Part shown: positions 50,085-60,755 of the stretch, piece after piece
How the letters are laid out: each line of letters begins with the position of its first letter
Numbering within the stretch: the first letter of the stretch is position 1
From: an uncultured virus (IMG/VR IMGVR_UViG_3300010357_000155)
Lineage: Duplodnaviria > Heunggongvirae > Uroviricota > Caudoviricetes
IMG/VR virus record: IMGVR_UViG_3300010357_000155
Reading direction: 5' to 3' (one strand)
Length of the DNA: 64,000 nt
Translations under genes and position numbers: made by a program
Notes under the pieces: generated by a model
What the model was told of the DNA's origin: nothing
Databases searched by the model: none
The model's input: only the letters and a program-made list of their open reading frames with translations

Positions 50085-52679
50085 ATGCCCGTCAATCCAA
50101 GTAGTTTAGTATCTATTATTAAACAAAATAAAGATAAGAAGATGGTCGCTACCAAGATCATCGAAACCAATCCTAAGGTTCTTCCAGTACTTCCAAAGTT
50201 GATCTCTGATCCTGAGACTTCTAGAAGTATGATGACCAAAGATGATCGTTTAAATATCAATCGTAACTTGTTAGAAAATATATATCATAAAATCAAATCT
50301 GTTAAACAGAACAATAAAAACATTATTAAACTATTCCCGGATATCGAACTTGCTATTCAGATTCTCGTAAGTTCTATTTTGTCCCCTAAAAAGATGACAG
50401 ATATTCAGCTTAACTATAAACTGGATAAAAATTTTAATATTAACACAGTTGCGTTGGCAACCATTATTGAAAAGGTAAAGACCTATATTAACGATGAATA
50501 TGAACTTGAAGAGAAGCTTCCTGAAATTCTTCGTGAAGCTTTGTTTAGCTCAGGTGCATATGCGCTAGCAATTATTCCTGAGTCTTCTGTTGACGAAGTC
50601 ATCAACACAGATCTTCTGCCGTCTTATTCCACGGAAGATTTTAAACAACGTGCAGATATTCTCATTCATAACCTAAGTAAACCAATTAATATTCTTGGAA
50701 CAACAAATAGAGCTGTCGCACTAGAAACAACAGCTAAACCGGATAACTTTATCCAACACCTTGCTTCTGAAGCATTTGTTAACATCACTGATAATATCGG
50801 TGTATTGAAATTCAATTCTATCCGTGAAAAGATTAATAAGTCTATTGTTAATAACGCTATTAAGAAAAACATTGCTATTTCTACAGAGTCTCGGGAAAAG
50901 CTCGACTACCTAGATATCTTTAGACAGAAAACATCTATATCTGCTAATAAAGATATTGAATTTCTTAAAACTAAAACTGAGACAAAACGTAAGTCTATCG
51001 GTAAACCGATGGTTATTAAAATTCCGACTGAGTCAGTTATTCCTATTTTTATTCCCGGTGATGAAACGGAACACATTGGTTACTTCATCTTGTTAGATGA
51101 AACTGGTAAACCTTTAAACACTGAGATCAAAGATAACGACGTTAGCCAGCTTAATTCTATCATTAATCAATCTAGTTCAAGTAGTCAGCTGTCGCCGGTC
51201 CAGAAGGCTTACAATAGCCTTGTAGGGGATACTAACACTAATGTTGATATCAATCAGTTATTTGGCATGTATAAAGATGTTCTTGAACGTCAAATTTATC
51301 AGTCTGTTAAGAATAGTCTTTATGGATCAAATATTGAAATTGCAAATAAGAACGACATCTACTTCTTGATGTTTACTCGTGCTCTTGCTGATCAGAGAAC
51401 CAGTGTTCTTTATGTTCCTAGGAACTTACTTATCTATTTTGCTTTCTACTACAGTGAACTAGGTATCGGTAAATCTCTTCTTGAAAACTTATCTGTATTG
51501 TGTAGTCTTCGTGCTATTCTCTTGTTCTCCAAGGTTATGGCATATGCTAAACAATCTATCGATGTTACCAAGGTAAATATTTCTCTTGATCCGAATGATC
51601 CTGATCCTGAGAAAACGATTGAGCAAGTTCAAGACTCTGTTCTTAAGCTTCGACAGAACTATTTCCCATTGGGTATTAATAACCCTGTTGATCTGGTTAA
51701 CTGGATTCAACGTGCTGGTTTACAATTTAGTTATAGTAACAATCCCTTGTTACCTAATATTCAAATTGACTTTGAAAACGCCAATATTCAACATACCATC
51801 CCAAGTTCTGAACTTGAGGAAGATCTTCGTAAACAAACTATCCTTGCACTTGGTTTGACACCAGAAACAATTGATAACGGATTTACACCTGAGTTTGCAA
51901 CCACCGTTGTAAATAATAACATTCTGTTATCTAAGCGTATATCTATTTATCAAAAAGCTTTGATTAAACATTTGTCAAACATGCTTTCAACAATTATCTA
52001 TAACGATGAAGATCTTCGTAGTCAACTTCGTAAAGAAATCCTTGAAAATCTGGATTCTCTAAATGAACAACTAGACGATGAAGAAAAACAATTACTTACT
52101 AAGAGTAAAGATGAATTTGTAGAATATTTCTTAAACAAGTTCGGTGAAAGTTTGTATATTGAATTACCGAAACCTGAAAATACAAATCTGACCAATTTGT
52201 CAGCTGAATACGATATCTATAAAGATAACCTTGATAAGGTTCTTGACTCTGTTATGTCTAGCGAAATCTTCAGTGAGAATATTGCTGGTGAACTTTCCAA
52301 CCATATTGATACGATTAAGAATATCTATAAACATCATTTGCTTCGTGCTTGGATGGCCAATAATAACTTCTATCCAGAGGTTCTTGAATTTGGTAAACAG
52401 AACAATGAAACAGATGATGCTGACAAATTGCTTGATCTTATTAAAGAGCATTTGGTAGGTACGTCTAGAAATGCTGACAAGTTACTTAACCTTCTTCAGA
52501 CTTATAAAGAAGCGCTTAATAAAGATCTTGAAATAGTTGCTGGTGACGCTGGTGCTGATTCTTCCTCATCTTCTTCGTCATTTGACGAAAATGGTGGTGA
52601 TAATGAAGATGAGTCTGGTGGCGGAACAGGCGGCGATGATTTCGGTATCTCTGATGCTGACTTAGATTTGAAACTGTAA
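50085..52679 (+). CDS. Portal protein (phiKZ gp129-like)
   Basis: 864 aa; PDIELAIQILVSSILSP, IPTESVIP, HIGYFILLDETG, GIGKSLLE, DPNDPDP motifs; acidic tail. Confidence 0.8.
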   Translation: MPVNPSSLVSIIKQNKDKKMVATKIIETNPKVLPVLPKLISDPETSRSMMTKDDRLNINRNLLENIYHKIKSVKQNNKNIIKLFPDIELAIQILVSSILSPKKMTDIQLNYKLDKNFNINTVALATIIEKVKTYINDEYELEEKLPEILREALFSSGAYALAIIPESSVDEVINTDLLPSYSTEDFKQRADILIHNLSKPINILGTTNRAVALETTAKPDNFIQHLASEAFVNITDNIGVLKFNSIREKINKSIVNNAIKKNIAISTESREKLDYLDIFRQKTSISANKDIEFLKTKTETKRKSIGKPMVIKIPTESVIPIFIPGDETEHIGYFILLDETGKPLNTEIKDNDVSQLNSIINQSSSSSQLSPVQKAYNSLVGDTNTNVDINQLFGMYKDVLERQIYQSVKNSLYGSNIEIANKNDIYFLMFTRALADQRTSVLYVPRNLLIYFAFYYSELGIGKSLLENLSVLCSLRAILLFSKVMAYAKQSIDVTKVNISLDPNDPDPEKTIEQVQDSVLKLRQNYFPLGINNPVDLVNWIQRAGLQFSYSNNPLLPNIQIDFENANIQHTIPSSELEEDLRKQTILALGLTPETIDNGFTPEFATTVVNNNILLSKRISIYQKALIKHLSNMLSTIIYNDEDLRSQLRKEILENLDSLNEQLDDEEKQLLTKSKDEFVEYFLNKFGESLYIELPKPENTNLTNLSAEYDIYKDNLDKVLDSVMSSEIFSENIAGELSNHIDTIKNIYKHHLLRAWMANNNFYPEVLEFGKQNNETDDADKLLDLIKEHLVGTSRNADKLLNLLQTYKEALNKDLEIVAGDAGADSSSSSSSFDENGGDNEDESGGGTGGDDFGISDADLDLKL

Positions 52680-52730
52680 AAAAAAAAAATAAGCCTAGAG
52701 AGGGATCACTCCCTCTCTAGGTCTTTTATG

Positions 52731-54038
52731 TTACACCTTCTTAATAAAGATATCGCCGTTCAAAGCCATGGCGAATTGCAGAACAATCTTATCGATTGTA
52801 ACCATATAGAATGTAAAGGTCTTTTGCTTGCTAAGAATAGTCTTGGCTGCAGACATGATAAACACATTAATCAGATTATCTTCGATCTTGGTTAATTTGG
52901 TAGGTGCTTCAAGAACACCAAGTTCATGTGAGTATTTATCAACAAACGAGATAACATGCTTTTCAGGAACATAAGTAACTTTCTTACCTTCCTGTTGATC
53001 GATACCACCGAGATCATTAAGACTGTTCTTAACCTGGGTGATGAAGGCATTCATATAGTTAATCAGTTCGTCTTCAAGATCTTCTTCAGTATCTTCCAGA
53101 TTACGGAGGAACTTCAGAAGCTCATTGAAATCAGCCATGAAAGAATCGATATGAACTTCAACCGGAGAATTAACGGCAATAAAGTCATTGATCGTATCAG
53201 TCATGATCGTATCAAATGCATCAAGCATGTGAATATCATACTTATTAGTCAGAGTAGGCCAGGCTGCTTTGACTGCTTTATACATATTCTTGATATCATT
53301 GTCAAGAATAAGTTCATTGAATTTTGCTTGGTCAGCAGCCTTATAGAAGCTATTTTCAACCAGGTAATGGCCGACCGAAATAAGTTTGTTAACACCCTCA
53401 TCATGAGCATGATCGATACAGCTTTCGACAGCTTCTTCGAAACAATCAGTCAGCGTCAGTTTATCTTTTTGTTCATAAATTTGATTTGCTTTCACTTCGT
53501 CACAAAAGGTAGTCAGTGTAACTTTGTTATTACCGTTGAACTTAATACCTTTTGTCACGGTGATGCTAAATTCTTTACTCACTGGAGGAGTTTCAACTAC
53601 TTCTTCCATAGGTTGCACCATATTTGTATTCGTTGATTGGAAACGAGAATCCATTGTATAATCCCCGTCAGGAAATGCTGTCCCACTGACACCACCAGTG
53701 ATCGCTTGGTTTTGATTACCAAAACGACCAGTGTTCATCGGCATACCACCCATCACAGGCATACCACCGTTCATCGGCATCATATTCATATTCATAGGCA
53801 TGCCAGTGTTCATTGGCATGTTAGGATTCATATTGGAAGGCATCATACCACCGCCTCCAGACAAAGCCTGAGCTTGCTGAGGAGTGACTACCATTCCATT
53901 CGGTAGCATAATCATACCGTTAGGAAGCTGAATAACATTACCTGCATTCTGCGGTTGTTGCATTTGCTGTTGCTGCTGTTGTGGCTGCATACTACGCATA
54001 TGACCTCCCGCAGGATGTGGGTTATTGAAACGATGCAT
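52731..54038 (-). CDS. Protein with Q/N/M/G/P-rich low-complexity N-terminus
   Basis: 435 aa; first ~140 aa prion-like; AAGGAG RBS overlapping the upstream stop. Confidence 0.75.
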   Translation of the reverse strand: MHRFNNPHPAGGHMRSMQPQQQQQQMQQPQNAGNVIQLPNGMIMLPNGMVVTPQQAQALSGGGGMMPSNMNPNMPMNTGMPMNMNMMPMNGGMPVMGGMPMNTGRFGNQNQAITGGVSGTAFPDGDYTMDSRFQSTNTNMVQPMEEVVETPPVSKEFSITVTKGIKFNGNNKVTLTTFCDEVKANQIYEQKDKLTLTDCFEEAVESCIDHAHDEGVNKLISVGHYLVENSFYKAADQAKFNELILDNDIKNMYKAVKAAWPTLTNKYDIHMLDAFDTIMTDTINDFIAVNSPVEVHIDSFMADFNELLKFLRNLEDTEEDLEDELINYMNAFITQVKNSLNDLGGIDQQEGKKVTYVPEKHVISFVDKYSHELGVLEAPTKLTKIEDNLINVFIMSAAKTILSKQKTFTFYMVTIDKIVLQFAMALNGDIFIKKV

Positions 54039-54050
54039 TTATTTTTCTCC

Positions 54051-55790
54051 TTAATCTGTGTCGATTTGTTCCATCAGTTCAAAATCGTCCGACTCTATAT
54101 CATCGTCGTCGACTCCGCCAACCTCAATCAATAGCTCTGGAATAATATCATCATTATCCTCAATGGTGTCAGAGGTAACAATGTTAGCCAGAAGTTTATC
54201 TGTTTCTTCGATAATGTTATTGTAAATAGGATGCGGTAGTACAGAACCTGTTGCAGGATCAATGTTAACATATGGGTTGAGTCGAACAACTGGAACAGGG
54301 TTCTTTTTACTCAAACCAAGAATACTACCAACTGTAGCCATACTAGCCACAATCTTTTTCTTTTCAGACGTGTTTACGTCTGCGTTATTAATATTAACAA
54401 AATCAGATTCCTGCTGAACAACCATAGCCGTGTTTTTCGGATACAGATGATCGCCTGAATATTCAATACTTGTAACGTACTGCTTATCCTTTTTCAAAGA
54501 GAAGATAGCACGTGTAACAAAATACTTCTTAAAGATCTTATCAACAATTTTACTTTCAAGCTTATCGTTACCAATACGAAGCTCTTCTTTATTAATATCA
54601 AGAACAATACGAGTAATACGAGAAGTCAAGTGCGACAAAATAAACGACTCAATCTCATAAGTCTTGTTATGATATAGACTACGAACTTCTGCGTTCATAA
54701 TCCAATTATTAAAGTTCTTAAAGATAACTGCTAGCAACCTTATTAGATTACCAGAGTCAACACCAATGTCACGAAGTTTGTTAATCGTGATAGTGTCGAA
54801 ATTAGAATTCAGATCGTTAAAGTGTGCGTTGATCTTTTCGCTCAAGTAAGCAAGTCCATGGTTACCTGAGTGGATAATTTCACCAAGCAAACGCTTCCAG
54901 ATCAACGTGTTATCTAACTCATCAATACTGATAGCTTCAGGGAAGTTATCGATGATATAGAACATGTTCCCAATGACATAAAGAACATCTTCATTATACT
55001 TATCTTCATCCACCAGGAACTTAATGTTCGTAGTTTGATAAAGTGTTTTATTCCGAATATAACCATGAGGAGCATTACCTGTGCTCGACATAATTACTTT
55101 GTCGTTTTTGCTGTAATCATAAACCGGAGTAGGAACAAACCCAAGTAAGATTTGCATAGCCTTGGTATAACCATAGTTAGCAAGCAAGTAGTGCATAACT
55201 GTAGTATTAGCCTTAGTCGTGTCTTCTAGCTTTTTAACTTGATTCTTATACAACTCTGTGTTAACAATGGACACACGGTTAAACACACCACTGGACTGTC
55301 CAGCTTGTTGAACTTGAATACTGAAGTAAGTACGAGTAAAACTATACTTAGCAGTCAGAATGTTAATAAAGATAATTTTATCACCGATACTAATAACCTT
55401 ATCCGATAGGACAGGCATCACAAGAAAGTTATTACCACTCAGATGAATGATATTACCCTTGTTCATGTACGGAATATAGAACTGATGATGACGAATATTT
55501 TCTTCATCACCATACTTAAACATAAAGTCAACAAGATAGATATCATTTTCAGCGATATCATAAACAACCTTGCTGGTTTTGTTAAAAAGAAACTTAATCT
55601 CTTCCTTGGGCAACAGTTCCCTGTAACCCAAGTATTCTAAATGCGTGTTCGTCTTACTGTTACAGCTATATTTAATAAAGTTATCGATATAGTTAATTGC
55701 GTAGTTCAGTCGATGATAACAAAGACCTTCTACTGCATGCTTATTAAATTTAGGAGTTTTATCCGCTATAAATCCGGCTAGTGTTTTCAA
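54051..55790 (-). CDS. Non-virion RNA polymerase beta-like subunit (phiKZ gp123-like)
   Basis: YLGYREL.P.EE, YIPY, PVLSDKVIS, HYLLANYG, LNPYV motifs; two genes downstream of the major capsid gene as in phiKZ. Confidence 0.72.
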   Translation of the reverse strand: MKTLAGFIADKTPKFNKHAVEGLCYHRLNYAINYIDNFIKYSCNSKTNTHLEYLGYRELLPKEEIKFLFNKTSKVVYDIAENDIYLVDFMFKYGDEENIRHHQFYIPYMNKGNIIHLSGNNFLVMPVLSDKVISIGDKIIFINILTAKYSFTRTYFSIQVQQAGQSSGVFNRVSIVNTELYKNQVKKLEDTTKANTTVMHYLLANYGYTKAMQILLGFVPTPVYDYSKNDKVIMSSTGNAPHGYIRNKTLYQTTNIKFLVDEDKYNEDVLYVIGNMFYIIDNFPEAISIDELDNTLIWKRLLGEIIHSGNHGLAYLSEKINAHFNDLNSNFDTITINKLRDIGVDSGNLIRLLAVIFKNFNNWIMNAEVRSLYHNKTYEIESFILSHLTSRITRIVLDINKEELRIGNDKLESKIVDKIFKKYFVTRAIFSLKKDKQYVTSIEYSGDHLYPKNTAMVVQQESDFVNINNADVNTSEKKKIVASMATVGSILGLSKKNPVPVVRLNPYVNIDPATGSVLPHPIYNNIIEETDKLLANIVTSDTIEDNDDIIPELLIEVGGVDDDDIESDDFELMEQIDTD

Positions 55791-55920
55791 GTGATCTTCT
55801 CCTCAGTGATGACAAACTATTGTGCAATAATTATTAAAATATTAAATAAAAATAACGCACACCTACAAGCTATGTAGGTGTGTTATCCAGATACTATATA
55901 TGCGACTAATTTATAACCCA

Positions 55921-57420
55921 TTACGATGCTTTACTTAGTTGTTTATAGATCATAAAACCAGTAGCCAAAACACCGGCTGTGGCTGCAACAGTTTTGATTG
56001 TCTCAATAAAAGACTCATGTTCATATCTAGCGTCATCATGACGATACTTACGTTCTTCGAAATAATGACGCATACCATAACCATTTGTTTCATATTCAGT
56101 TTTTTCTTTAAGGCCTCTGCTTTCTAATTCACGTTTCAAACTAAGCAGACTTGCCTCTTGCCGTTGACCTTCTTGCTTAAGTCTAGCAATTTCAATTTCA
56201 CGAACGTGACCTTCACTTTCATACCGGACACGGTCTTCTTCATTTTTACGTCTAGCTTCTTCTGCTAAACGTTTACTTTCAAGAATACTGTTATTTAATT
56301 CAAGTTCCCTGTGACGTAAACCAGCTTCTTTGTCACGAAGTTGTTGGTTATATAGTTCAGATTTATCAGCGCCTTGTTTTGCTTCTTCCATAGTTTTATA
56401 AATAAAATCAAGTTTATCAATCTCATCTAAAGGTATAGGTGCATCAGGTTGTGTACCCGCAACACTATCATAATAACCTGTGTAAAGACCATCAGGTTGA
56501 TGAAGACTAGCTTCCATAGAGAGTCTAGGAATTTTAGTAACTTCACTATGAATATTATAATAACGATCACCGAGTCTATTTTCTCGGTCAATTAAATAAA
56601 TGTACTTGGTTCCTTGCAGTACAACATCCTTTAAAATTTTAGAATCAATATTACGTGTAATAGCAGGATTATTCTTATATTGAAATACAGATTCACGACT
56701 CAATACAAGATCATATTCATTAATATAAAGATCTTGGAATTGTTGTGAACTATGAGTTCTATTCTTATGATTAAATGCATCTTGATGAATAATACTAAAA
56801 GTTGTAACTTTAATAGAGTTTGCTTTAAACTCATTATCCATATAGCTTAACTGTTGCCAGCTTTCATTTGCAAACTGTATAACTTTTAAGAAGTTAGTAA
56901 GTTTAATATTGGTGTTGCTAAGACCTTGGTTATTCTGAAGAATAAAATCTAGATAGTTTTTATCTATACCTGTAACAGAGGTAACATTCGACGGTGTAGG
57001 TAAACGATACACTGTCATAATAACAATATTTCCACGATACATGTCTTTTAAAGTTTTGGATTCAAGACGTGGAAGAACACTAGGGAAATTAAGATGGTCA
57101 TAACAAACAATATCAAAATCTGTAAAATTGAATAGATATTGAGTAGGAACAATTGAGATATCACCAGAAGTAACATCTATCTTTTTTTGTTCTTTTATAA
57201 ACTGATTAAGTTTTTTATTAGATGCATTAGCATCGTATGTTTCGATATTGTTGCAAACATCACCACCGTGTATCATTTTTATATCAGTCGTGGGTTTAAA
57301 TTCCATTTCAGATATAAGTGGAAAAAAATCCTTATATCCAACCCCTTGGAATACACGACCGTTGTCTGTCATAAAACATGAACTGACAAGACATTTTGTA
57401 TTGACATACTCTAGGTTCAC
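55921..57420 (-). CDS. Conserved hypothetical protein with C-terminal coiled coil and hydrophobic tail (phiKZ gp122-like by position)
   Basis: 499 aa, GTG start, promoter motif at 57448-57460. Confidence 0.65.
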   Translation of the reverse strand: MNLEYVNTKCLVSSCFMTDNGRVFQGVGYKDFFPLISEMEFKPTTDIKMIHGGDVCNNIETYDANASNKKLNQFIKEQKKIDVTSGDISIVPTQYLFNFTDFDIVCYDHLNFPSVLPRLESKTLKDMYRGNIVIMTVYRLPTPSNVTSVTGIDKNYLDFILQNNQGLSNTNIKLTNFLKVIQFANESWQQLSYMDNEFKANSIKVTTFSIIHQDAFNHKNRTHSSQQFQDLYINEYDLVLSRESVFQYKNNPAITRNIDSKILKDVVLQGTKYIYLIDRENRLGDRYYNIHSEVTKIPRLSMEASLHQPDGLYTGYYDSVAGTQPDAPIPLDEIDKLDFIYKTMEEAKQGADKSELYNQQLRDKEAGLRHRELELNNSILESKRLAEEARRKNEEDRVRYESEGHVREIEIARLKQEGQRQEASLLSLKRELESRGLKEKTEYETNGYGMRHYFEERKYRHDDARYEHESFIETIKTVAATAGVLATGFMIYKQLSKAS

Positions 57421-57534
57421 AACATCACTCCCAGTTATTTATACAGATACTATATATGATATTAATAATACTTCCGAAGCGAAGGTAAAAATACCAAGAG
57501 GACCGAAGTCCTCTTGGTATCTATATTACCCAGA

Positions 57535-59691
57535 TTACACTGAGTGCATATTGACAGAAATCTTACCAGTAACTTCCGGAAGACCAGAAACGGTCAGCAT
57601 GGTCATGATCGGCAGATTAACGTTGTGCAGGAAGCGCGGAGCAACGATCAGTTCCTTAGAAACTTGACCATCACGGGAAACCGGCATAACGACGGTCAGT
57701 TCCGGCGACCAGAGCATGTTACCGAAGTTCAGCGGATTGATACCCGTGTTACGAGCAGAATCAAACACACCAAACGACAGGAAGATCTTACCAGAGACGC
57801 GATGGTCAAGGGTAGAGACAACACGAACGTCGAAGGTTTCACCCAGTGTACGCAGATCGCCATCGGCCATCAGGTAGTTGTAAATAACCGGGTCAGTACC
57901 AACCACAACAGTCGGCTTGAAACCAGTATTGCCAGTCAGAACAGCGGCAGCAGCCTTGTATTCAGACGAACGATACATTTCGTTAGCGTAGTAACGGATC
58001 TTTTCGACCAGAGCAGCGCGAATGTCCTTGATCTTCTCGTGGGACTTCAGGCTGTCAACGGTAACCGGCAGACTGATTGATTCCTGGAAGTAGACCGGCT
58101 TGACATACAGATGACCGAAGGCATTGATTTCCGGCAGATCGCCGTTAGCATCAGCAACCGGAGAGTACGAAGCCAGAGACACTTGAGCACGCAGCAGTGA
58201 AGAAACAGCTTCGTTCGAGACACGGATACCAGTGGTGGTGATCAGGGTCTGGAGAGCGGAGTTGTCATCACCAGTAGCGTTAACAACCGGCATGATGATC
58301 GACAGCGGTGAACGGTACGGAACCGGAATCACACGGTATTCGACTTGTGAGTCGAGCAGTTGACCACGTTGACGGATGTTGCTGTTAGCACGGAAAGCCG
58401 TGATAGAGTAACCGATAACTTCAGCGGCAGAGATCTTACCAGCCAGTGTATTGAACGTTGCACCAGAAACCAGCATGTCGCCAGCATTACGCAGAGCAAC
58501 CAGACCCAGCGTGCCACCAGAAACCAGGCAGTCGCCCTTGTCCAGAGAAACATTGCCAGAGATCGACAGTTGGATACGAGCCTTGTGCGTGGTGAGTTCC
58601 GGCAGGGAAGCAGGAGCAGCACCAGTAACGTCCAGGGTCGAAGCATCCAGAACCAGCGCATCGGAGTCCATCGCCAACAGCATACGGCGATAGTTACCTT
58701 GCGGAGCGTACGTAAACGTAGAACCCGGCTTTTCGTCAACTTGAACGCGGATCACATCAGTGTTGGTACCATCGGTAACCTTGATGAAGACAGCTTCCAG
58801 CTTGATATAGGTATCCAGAGCATCTGAAGGACCCATGATGCCGCTGTTCAGCAGTTCATTGGTTTGCGAAATACCGATCAGATCGATCTTGGTGTCAACC
58901 TTAACAGCAGCAGTTTGCACTGTGATGCTGTTACCGATAGCAACGTTCCAAGCCGGAACATCAGCAACCGGAACGAACTTGTCGGTGTTGTCATCAGAAC
59001 CACCACCATTACGGAGAACCGGAATAGCACGGGTCAGTTCGTTCTTCAGGATTTCTGCATCGGCGTAGGCACGGATAACACTCTTACGAGCATAGTTGGC
59101 CAGGGAACCGGTAACAGAACGCTTGAAGTCATTGAAAACGTAGAACAGCTTGGCAGACAGAGTCACGCCAACTTCGTTCGGGTTAACAACGATGGTCGGG
59201 AAGAAGGTTTCGCCGAATTCATCTTGACGCGAGGCCAGCAGGTTGTAGATGATCGAATACAATTGTGCATTGCGATTATCACGCTCGTCATAGGCTTCGG
59301 TAGCGATCTGCGGACGTTCCATGAAACCGTCAGACACACCAGCAACCATAACGATAGCATCGTTACCCATAGACTTCAGCTTTGAGCCCAGAACTTGCTT
59401 CGGGTTGGTAGCCAGCATACCGGCGAGCGTTGCGGCTTCCAGTTGTTGACCTTCAACAGCGATGTTAAATTCTTGAGCGATCGTCTTCAACGAAGTTTCG
59501 ATGTTGTTGTAGACGTTGGTCAGCATGGTTTCTGCATTGGCATCCATGCTCTCGGTAGAGATAGCATATTGACCAATCTTCTCGTCATTGAAACCACGGG
59601 AAGCGGTAATCTGACCAACCTTTTCAGTCAGGCCACCGATCGGGTCAACGACGACTGATTTACGACCAGAAAGCAGTTTTTGAATAGACAT
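57535..59691 (-). CDS. Major capsid protein (phiKZ gp120-like)
   Basis: 718 aa; ATEAYDE, YNLLASRQDEFGETFFPTIV, NSNIRQRG, VVVGTD, NPLNFG, HNVNLPI; strong codon bias; terminator 57490-57520. Confidence 0.92.
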   Translation of the reverse strand: MSIQKLLSGRKSVVVDPIGGLTEKVGQITASRGFNDEKIGQYAISTESMDANAETMLTNVYNNIETSLKTIAQEFNIAVEGQQLEAATLAGMLATNPKQVLGSKLKSMGNDAIVMVAGVSDGFMERPQIATEAYDERDNRNAQLYSIIYNLLASRQDEFGETFFPTIVVNPNEVGVTLSAKLFYVFNDFKRSVTGSLANYARKSVIRAYADAEILKNELTRAIPVLRNGGGSDDNTDKFVPVADVPAWNVAIGNSITVQTAAVKVDTKIDLIGISQTNELLNSGIMGPSDALDTYIKLEAVFIKVTDGTNTDVIRVQVDEKPGSTFTYAPQGNYRRMLLAMDSDALVLDASTLDVTGAAPASLPELTTHKARIQLSISGNVSLDKGDCLVSGGTLGLVALRNAGDMLVSGATFNTLAGKISAAEVIGYSITAFRANSNIRQRGQLLDSQVEYRVIPVPYRSPLSIIMPVVNATGDDNSALQTLITTTGIRVSNEAVSSLLRAQVSLASYSPVADANGDLPEINAFGHLYVKPVYFQESISLPVTVDSLKSHEKIKDIRAALVEKIRYYANEMYRSSEYKAAAAVLTGNTGFKPTVVVGTDPVIYNYLMADGDLRTLGETFDVRVVSTLDHRVSGKIFLSFGVFDSARNTGINPLNFGNMLWSPELTVVMPVSRDGQVSKELIVAPRFLHNVNLPIMTMLTVSGLPEVTGKISVNMHSV

Positions 59692-59734
59692 GTTTACTCC
59701 TGTTTACAAAAAGGGAAAGTTGATAAAACCTGTT

Positions 59735-60268
59735 TCAATTGAAACGAGACTTGATGAGATTAAAGTACGTATCATTCAGCTTAAGGCTGATATAGGTCTT
59801 GAACAGATAACTGTTCAAGTTAAACTTATACTGGTAGCAGAGACAATCTAGAATAAACTTCAGGAAGTTATCCTTAGACTCTGTTACAAATGTTAGAAAT
59901 CCTTCTTCGGCAACAATCAGAAGAGTGCTATCTGGAAGGACAACAATTTCATAGTATTTTTTATCAGAGTAAATCTCAGGTGCAACAGCGCAACAGAAAT
60001 TAGCTTTGAAACTATCTTTTACATACTGACGTTCTTGTGTACTCAGTAAAATAATTGAATCGTAATAGTCATCTGACAACGATGAAAAATACATTAACTT
60101 ATTGAGTTCACGATTCATGTTAACGATAGATGCTCTTGTCAACAATGAAATATTCGGAAAATCTTTGTAGGGGATCTTAGAGACATCTTCATTGTTAAAC
60201 GAAGCGTCTTGTAAACTTTCATAATTGTTTCGGTCTACAAAAACCAAAGACGTAAATTTTTTTTCCAT
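59735..60268 (-). CDS. Conserved hypothetical protein upstream of capsid gene
   Basis: 177 aa, AGGAG RBS. Confidence 0.7.
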   Translation of the reverse strand: MEKKFTSLVFVDRNNYESLQDASFNNEDVSKIPYKDFPNISLLTRASIVNMNRELNKLMYFSSLSDDYYDSIILLSTQERQYVKDSFKANFCCAVAPEIYSDKKYYEIVVLPDSTLLIVAEEGFLTFVTESKDNFLKFILDCLCYQYKFNLNSYLFKTYISLKLNDTYFNLIKSRFN

Positions 60269-60286
60269 AGTTTAATCTCCTATAGC

Positions 60287-60670
60287 TCAAAGAATATCAA
60301 ACCCAATACCTAGTAATCTAAGTTGATCACGAACAGCATTGTATTGAGCAGAAGAAATGTTGTTTAAACGTATGGTATAGTTAAGACCATTTGACTCTTC
60401 GACACTTGACTGAATGATCCAAGCATCAGCAATAACAACATCTTTATCGTTATGCTTAAATAAGTAGTAGGTGTAGTCTACGTGATTAGGATTAGAACCA
60501 GGAGGAAGATAAGGATAAATTTGTTTCTGCAACAGTTCGATATTAGAAAACTTTAACGCAATGTTGTAATCTAAAATTGAAACAAGTTTAGCGTTTTGAT
60601 AAACAGTTCCAAGAACTGAGTTTGGGTAAAGAGAAAAATTAAAATGTTTATTTAAGTTTAACGTAGGCAT
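60287..60670 (-). CDS. Conserved small beta-barrel-like protein
   Basis: ATG 60670 after AGGA; FSLYPNSVLG...IYPYLP.G...AWI; late-type motif at ~60691-60702. Confidence 0.65.
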   Translation of the reverse strand: MPTLNLNKHFNFSLYPNSVLGTVYQNAKLVSILDYNIALKFSNIELLQKQIYPYLPPGSNPNHVDYTYYLFKHNDKDVVIADAWIIQSSVEESNGLNYTIRLNNISSAQYNAVRDQLRLLGIGFDIL

Positions 60671-60755
60671 TTGTTTGTCCTGTTTGTAATTAATCAAAAA
60701 ATTCACTAGAAACAAAAAAAAAAAGAACAGAGAATTTAACTCTGTTCTTTATTGC

